A stretch of DNA of 2,363 bases from a phage. Both the position numbers and the translations under genes were made by a program. The stretch lies in the sequence record PZ049727.1, one strand, 5' to 3'. Shown here piece after piece: positions 1-2,363 of the stretch. Numbering within the stretch: position 1 is the stretch's first letter; each line of letters starts with the position of its first letter. The notes under the pieces are model-generated. The model was not told where the DNA came from and searched no databases. It saw only the letters and a list, made by a program, of their open reading frames with translations.

Positions 1-2
1 CA

Positions 3-251
3 TGGGCGGACTACCAGCTGTTCGGCAAGACCTTCTTCGACACCCTGGACTACCTCACCACCAATTGGTTGATGCCGCTGGGCGGGCTGGGCACGGTGCT
101 GTTCACCGGCTGGGTGCTGCAGCGTCACGTGGTCAGCGAGGCCATCGGCATTCGCAACGCCGGGCTGTTCCAGGCCTGGTGGAAGCTGCTGCGCTACGGC
201 ACGCCGGTGGCTATCGTGCTGGTATTCCTCAACCTGCTCGGGCTGATCTAG
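3..251 (+). CDS. C-terminal fragment of an integral membrane protein, probably a secondary transporter (sodium-dependent/NSS-like family is a best guess); 5' end lies outside the window
   Basis: Frame 3 is open from the window edge to TAG at 249-251. Translation ...WADYQLFGKTFFDTLDYLTTNWLMPLGGLGTVLFTGWVLQRHVVSEAIGIRNAGLFQAWWKLLRYGTPVAIVLVFLNLLGLI* is hydrophobic and TM-like with strong G/C third-position bias. The listed ORF 69..251 is the Met-initiated tail of this frame. The overlapping frame-2 ORF 2..439 is Arg/Ala/Gly-rich and reads through the terminators, so it is taken as spurious. Family assignment is from memory of sequence character only. Confidence 0.6.
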   Translation, partial: WADYQLFGKTFFDTLDYLTTNWLMPLGGLGTVLFTGWVLQRHVVSEAIGIRNAGLFQAWWKLLRYGTPVAIVLVFLNLLGLI

Positions 252-282
252 CGCGACCTGCGGTCGTCCGTGCAGAACGCGC

Positions 283-300
283 CGGTGGGCTGAAGCCCAC
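283..300 (+). repeat. GC-rich hairpin without T-tract (GGTGGGC-tgaa-GCCCAC), a near copy of the terminator hairpin at 383-400
   Basis: Stem 284-289 (GTGGGC) is the reverse complement of 294-299 (GCCCAC), with loop tgaa 290-293. It is followed by ggtacaagg, not a T run. It shares the GGTGGGCT / AGCCCAC core with 383-400. Confidence 0.4.
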
Positions 301-316
301 GGTACAAGGACGCTGC

Positions 317-338
317 GGGCTTCTCAGGAAGCCCTTTT
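317..338 (+). terminator. Rho-independent terminator-like hairpin plus T4, probable terminator of the upstream transporter gene
   Basis: Perfect 7-bp stem GGGCTTC (317-323) / GAAGCCC (328-334), loop tcag (324-327), then TTTT (335-338). It lies 66 nt downstream of the stop codon at 249-251, on the same strand. Confidence 0.55.
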
Positions 339-382
339 GGTGGGCTCAGGTCCATCCATCGAGGCCGACGCCGGCCTTGGTG

Positions 383-406
383 GGTGGGCTTCAGCCCACC
401 TTTTTT
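383..406 (+). terminator. Rho-independent terminator-like hairpin plus T6; probable DNA target structure of the group IIC intron inserted 3 nt downstream
   Basis: Perfect 7-bp stem GGTGGGC (383-389) / GCCCACC (394-400), loop ttca (390-393), then TTTTTT (401-406). The intron 5' end GTGCG starts at 410. Class C group II introns are known to home downstream of intrinsic terminator stem-loops. Confidence 0.7.
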
Positions 407-409
407 ATG

Positions 410-740
410 GTGCGCCAGGCATGGCGCGTAGCGCCGTGACTGGCGCTGTCGGGTTCACTGTGGTGGTGAGCCTGGCGACTTGGAGGTGAAAGTCCTCTAC
501 ACACCCGGCAAGGGGAAGTGTTAGCTGAAGGCAAGGGTGTCGCGGGCGACTGCGAATCTGAAGGAAGCCCGAGGCAAAATGCTGGCCTGACGAACAGGAA
601 GCGGATGAGGCGGCGCAGCGGGGTGAGGTGGCCATAATCGCCAAAGCCCGATACTTGCACGGAACGCTGCGACGTAGATCCGACAGGCATAAGCAGGAAG
701 GTCGCGCGAATTACCCTGGGAGATCTGTACGCTTGCCATT
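410..740 (+). ncRNA. Group II intron ribozyme 5' portion (domains I-III), non-coding
   Basis: About 330 nt between the 5' splice site and the RT ORF. It contains GC-rich helical segments and the motif GGCAAGGGTGTCGCGGGCGACTGCGAATCTGAAGGAAGCCCGAGGCAAAA (about 529-578). From memory, this closely resembles conserved domain I sequence of known class C introns such as the Oceanobacillus iheyensis intron. The domain limits were not folded and the 3' limit here is arbitrary (ORF start). Confidence 0.6.
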
Positions 741-2261
741 GTGCTACCGATTGTCGAGAGGCGACGGGATGGGCGTGCAGAAGTCAGCCGAGGCCGTAGT
801 AAGTGGCGGTCAACCACGCCATCAAGGGCCGAACAGGTCATGCCGCCAGTAGGCGTCAGCGTCTCGTCGATAACCGAAATGCAGAAATTTCTCCAAGAGA
901 AGACTGTCACCCCGAGTCCCGGCCAGAGGCCGAGGATGACGCCTGACAGCGCAGAGGTATCGACGGCGTCGGTGACGTGGACGAACGCGGAGCCGGACAC
1001 GCTGATGGAGCGGGTGCTTGCACCGGCGAATCTCAAGCGTGCGTATCAGCGCGTGGTCAGCAACAAGGGGGCGCCGGGTGCCGATGGCATGACGGTCGCC
1101 GACTTGGCAGGCTACGTGAAACAGTATTGGCCCATCCTGAAGGTCAGGCTGCTGGCAGGTGAATACCATCCCCAGGCAGTGCGGGCGGTCGAAATTCCCA
1201 AACCGCAGGGCGGTATGCGGCAACTGGGCATTCCCAGTGTCGTGGATCGCCTGATCCAGCAAGCCCTGCTGCAACAGCTCACGCCGATCTTCGATCCGCT
1301 GTTCTCGGACTATAGCTACGGCTTCCGTCCGGGCAGAAGCGCTCACCAGGCTGTCGAGATGGCCCGCACCCATGTGGCGGCGGGTCATAGGTGTTGCGTG
1401 GAACTCGATCTGGAGAAGTTCTTTGATCGGGTCAACCACGACATCCTGATGTTCTGTGTTGAGCGCCATGTCGAAGACAAACAGGTGCTCAGACTCATCC
1501 GCCGTTACCTCGAAGCGGGCGTCATGTCGGGCGGGGTTGTCAGCCATCGGCAGGAGGGGGCGCCGCAAGGCGGCCCGCTTTCGCCGCTGCTATCGAACAT
1601 CCTGCTCGATGAACTCGACCGTGAGTTGGAGCGGCGAGGCCATCGCTTCGTGCGCTATGCCGATGACGCGAACATTTATGTCCGTAGTCCGCGTGCTGGC
1701 GAACGAGTGCTGGCCAGTGTCGAGCGGTTCCTGAATCACCGTCTGAAACTGAGACTGAATCGGGACAAGAGTCGCGTGGCTGGGTCGTGGAAATGCGACT
1801 ACCTGGGGTATGGGATGAGTTGGCACTCGCAGCCTAGACTGCGAGTGGCAACCATGAGCCTGCGCCGTGTGCGCGACCGTCTCAGGGAACTGCTGCGAGG
1901 GGTGCGGGGCCACAAGATGGCGAATGTCATCGAGCGGGTAAACCCGGTGCTGCGAGGCTGGGCAGGCTACTTCAAGCTCAGCCAGAGCAAGCGTCCACTG
2001 GAAGAGCTGGATGGCTGGGTCAGGCACAAACTTCGCTGTGTCATCTGGCGGCAATGGAAGCAGCCCTCTACGAGGGCGCGCAACCTGATGCGCCTGGGAT
2101 TGAGCGAGGAGCGTGCCTGCAAGTCGGCCTTCAATGGCCGAGGCCCGTGGTGGAACTCAGGAGCGCCGCATGTGAATCAGGCGCTGCCGAAGAAGCTATG
2201 GGACAGACTTGGACTGGTCTCGATACTGGATACGATCAATCGGCTTAACCGCATGGCCTGA
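741..2261 (+). CDS. Group II intron-encoded reverse transcriptase/maturase (RT domain plus domain X, no DNA endonuclease domain); true start codon probably internal to this maximal ORF
   Basis: 506-aa maximal ORF from GTG 741 to TGA 2259-2261. Recognisable motifs are RT0 LMERVLAPANLKRAYQRVVSNKGAPGADGMT (from 1002), RT1-2 VEIPKPQGGMRQLGIPSVVDRLIQQA...YGFRPGRSAHQAV, RT3-4 LDLEKFFDRVNHDIL, RT5 GAPQGGPLSPLLSNILLDELD...FVRYADDANIYV (YADD at 1656-1667), RT6-7 LKLRLNRDKSRV, and domain X/maturase RGWAGYFK (1953-1976) followed by RHKLRCVIWRQWK. No Cys-rich or HNH motifs occur C-terminal to domain X. The N-terminal ~65 codons are Arg-rich and low-complexity and probably overlap ribozyme RNA. Candidate real starts are ATG 840, ATG 879, ATG 936 (preceded by AGAGG at 925-929, 6-nt spacer) and ATG 1005. 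Confidence 0.93.
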   Translation: MLPIVERRRDGRAEVSRGRSKWRSTTPSRAEQVMPPVGVSVSSITEMQKFLQEKTVTPSPGQRPRMTPDSAEVSTASVTWTNAEPDTLMERVLAPANLKRAYQRVVSNKGAPGADGMTVADLAGYVKQYWPILKVRLLAGEYHPQAVRAVEIPKPQGGMRQLGIPSVVDRLIQQALLQQLTPIFDPLFSDYSYGFRPGRSAHQAVEMARTHVAAGHRCCVELDLEKFFDRVNHDILMFCVERHVEDKQVLRLIRRYLEAGVMSGGVVSHRQEGAPQGGPLSPLLSNILLDELDRELERRGHRFVRYADDANIYVRSPRAGERVLASVERFLNHRLKLRLNRDKSRVAGSWKCDYLGYGMSWHSQPRLRVATMSLRRVRDRLRELLRGVRGHKMANVIERVNPVLRGWAGYFKLSQSKRPLEELDGWVRHKLRCVIWRQWKQPSTRARNLMRLGLSEERACKSAFNGRGPWWNSGAPHVNQALPKKLWDRLGLVSILDTINRLNRMA

Positions 2262-2262
2262 A

Positions 2263-2292
2263 CCGCCGTGTACGGAACCGTACGCACGGTGG
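2263..2292 (+). ncRNA. Group II intron domain V (catalytic hairpin)
   Basis: The lower stem pairs CCGCC (2263-2267) with GGTGG (2288-2292), including one G-U pair, and contains a CGC triad at 2264-2266. A 2-nt AC bulge sits at 2286-2287 on the 3' strand. The upper stem pairs GTGTACG (2268-2274) with CGTACGC (2279-2285), with loop GAAC (2275-2278). This is the canonical domain V architecture: about 14 bp, a 2-nt bulge and a triad near the base. It starts 2 nt after the RT stop codon. Confidence 0.8.
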
Positions 2293-2294
2293 TG

Positions 2295-2332
2295 TGGGAG
2301 GACGGCGGCCGTGAGGCCGCCTCCTACCCGAT
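2295..2332 (+). ncRNA. Group II intron domain VI with bulged branch-point adenosine, and 3' end of intron
   Basis: Distal stem GGCGGCC (2304-2310) / GGCCGCC (2315-2321) with GNRA-type loop GTGA (2311-2314). Proximal stem GGGAGGA (2296-2302) pairs with TCCT (2322-2325) and CCC (2327-2329), leaving A2326 bulged, which is the expected branch-point geometry. The intron is inferred to end 6-7 nt later, at ...GAT (2332). Confidence 0.65.
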
Positions 2333-2363
2333 CGCGACGCCATTGCGCCAGACGACATGTGCG

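Larger units (their letters stand above)
410..2332 (+). mobile_element. Group II intron, bacterial class C (IIC-like), apparently full length (~1.9 kb) with intact intron-encoded protein
   Basis: 5' end GTGCGCCAGGCATGG at 410 matches the GUGYG group II consensus. The RT/maturase ORF sits internally, where domain IV is expected. A domain V hairpin (2263-2292) and a domain VI helix with bulged A (2295-2330) follow the ORF stop directly. The position right after a terminator hairpin, the lack of an En domain and the ~1.9 kb size all fit class C. The 3' boundary is placed at 2332 (...CCCGAT) from the domain VI geometry, uncertain by about 3 nt. The 5' boundary is uncertain by about 1 nt. Confidence 0.85.

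Noticed and set aside
283-406. Intergenic hairpins as a riboswitch or attenuator controlling a downstream gene
   Set aside because: They lie downstream of a stop codon and upstream of an intron, not a coding start. Two have terminator-type T-tracts. Terminator or REP-like elements are the simpler explanation.
2-439. 145-aa + strand ORF spanning the transporter tail, both terminators and the intron 5' end
   Set aside because: Arg/Ala/Gly/Pro-rich low-complexity translation typical of an off-frame read of GC-rich DNA. It overlaps the better-supported frame-3 membrane protein and reads through terminator hairpins and the intron junction.
391-1036. Minus-strand ORFs 391..690, 405..644 and 521..1036 over the intron 5' ribozyme region
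   Set aside because: They overlap the structured intron RNA (domains I-III) and each other. The translations are Ser/Arg/Pro/Ala-rich with no recognisable fold. Judged spurious.
822-1568. 248-aa minus-strand ORF antisense to the RT gene
   Set aside because: Entirely antisense to a strongly supported RT/maturase CDS. Arg/His-rich composition with no recognisable domain. Long antisense ORFs are expected by chance in GC-rich coding DNA.
1590-2054. 154-aa minus-strand ORF antisense to the RT domain X region
   Set aside because: Same reasoning: antisense to the RT CDS, no motif support.
628-2248. Short + strand alternate-frame ORFs (628..852, 977..1162, 1456..1734, 2054..2248)
   Set aside because: All are nested in other frames of the ribozyme or RT CDS, with low-complexity Arg/Gly/Ala-rich translations. 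No independent evidence.
741-2261. Alternative identity of the RT as a retron, DGR, Abi or CRISPR-associated reverse transcriptase (a possible novel defence system)
   Set aside because: The protein has the group II-specific RT0 motif and a maturase domain X, and the ORF is flanked by a GTGCG 5' end and canonical domain V/VI RNA. No retron msr/msd-like repeats, DGR template/variable repeats or CRISPR repeats are visible in the window.
1977-2261. Possible HNH or other DNA endonuclease domain at the RT C-terminus
   Set aside because: The ~95 residues after domain X contain no Cys-pair zinc-finger-like motifs or H-N-H signature. The absence is consistent with class C introns.
1-2363. CRISPR array, tRNA, rRNA or IS-element terminal inverted repeats
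   Set aside because: No regularly spaced direct repeats, no cloverleaf-compatible tRNA-like segments, and no terminal inverted repeats flanking a transposase were seen on reading both strands.

Overview
GC-rich bacterial DNA (composition judged by eye, not computed). The window holds three things on the + strand. (1) The 3' end of a membrane-protein gene, probably a transporter (3..251). (2) A ~160-bp intergenic stretch with three related GC-rich hairpins, two followed by T-tracts, i.e. intrinsic-terminator-like. (3) An apparently complete bacterial class C (IIC) group II intron, about 410..2332, beginning 3 nt after the T-tract of the last terminator hairpin. The intron has a GTGCG 5' end, an intact reverse transcriptase/maturase ORF in domain IV (maximal ORF 741..2261; RT0-RT7 and domain X present, no endonuclease domain), a domain V hairpin with a CGC triad and AC bulge, and a domain VI helix with a bulged adenosine. 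All other ORFs in the track look like spurious frames of GC-rich DNA. This is a well-known class of retroelement in a typical location; I found no convincing evidence of an undescribed system. The points worth a second look are the exact intron boundaries, the RT start codon, the hairpin cluster at the insertion site, and a short repeat of the intron 5' motif just past the 3' junction. All structure and motif calls were made by eye; no database search or folding was run.
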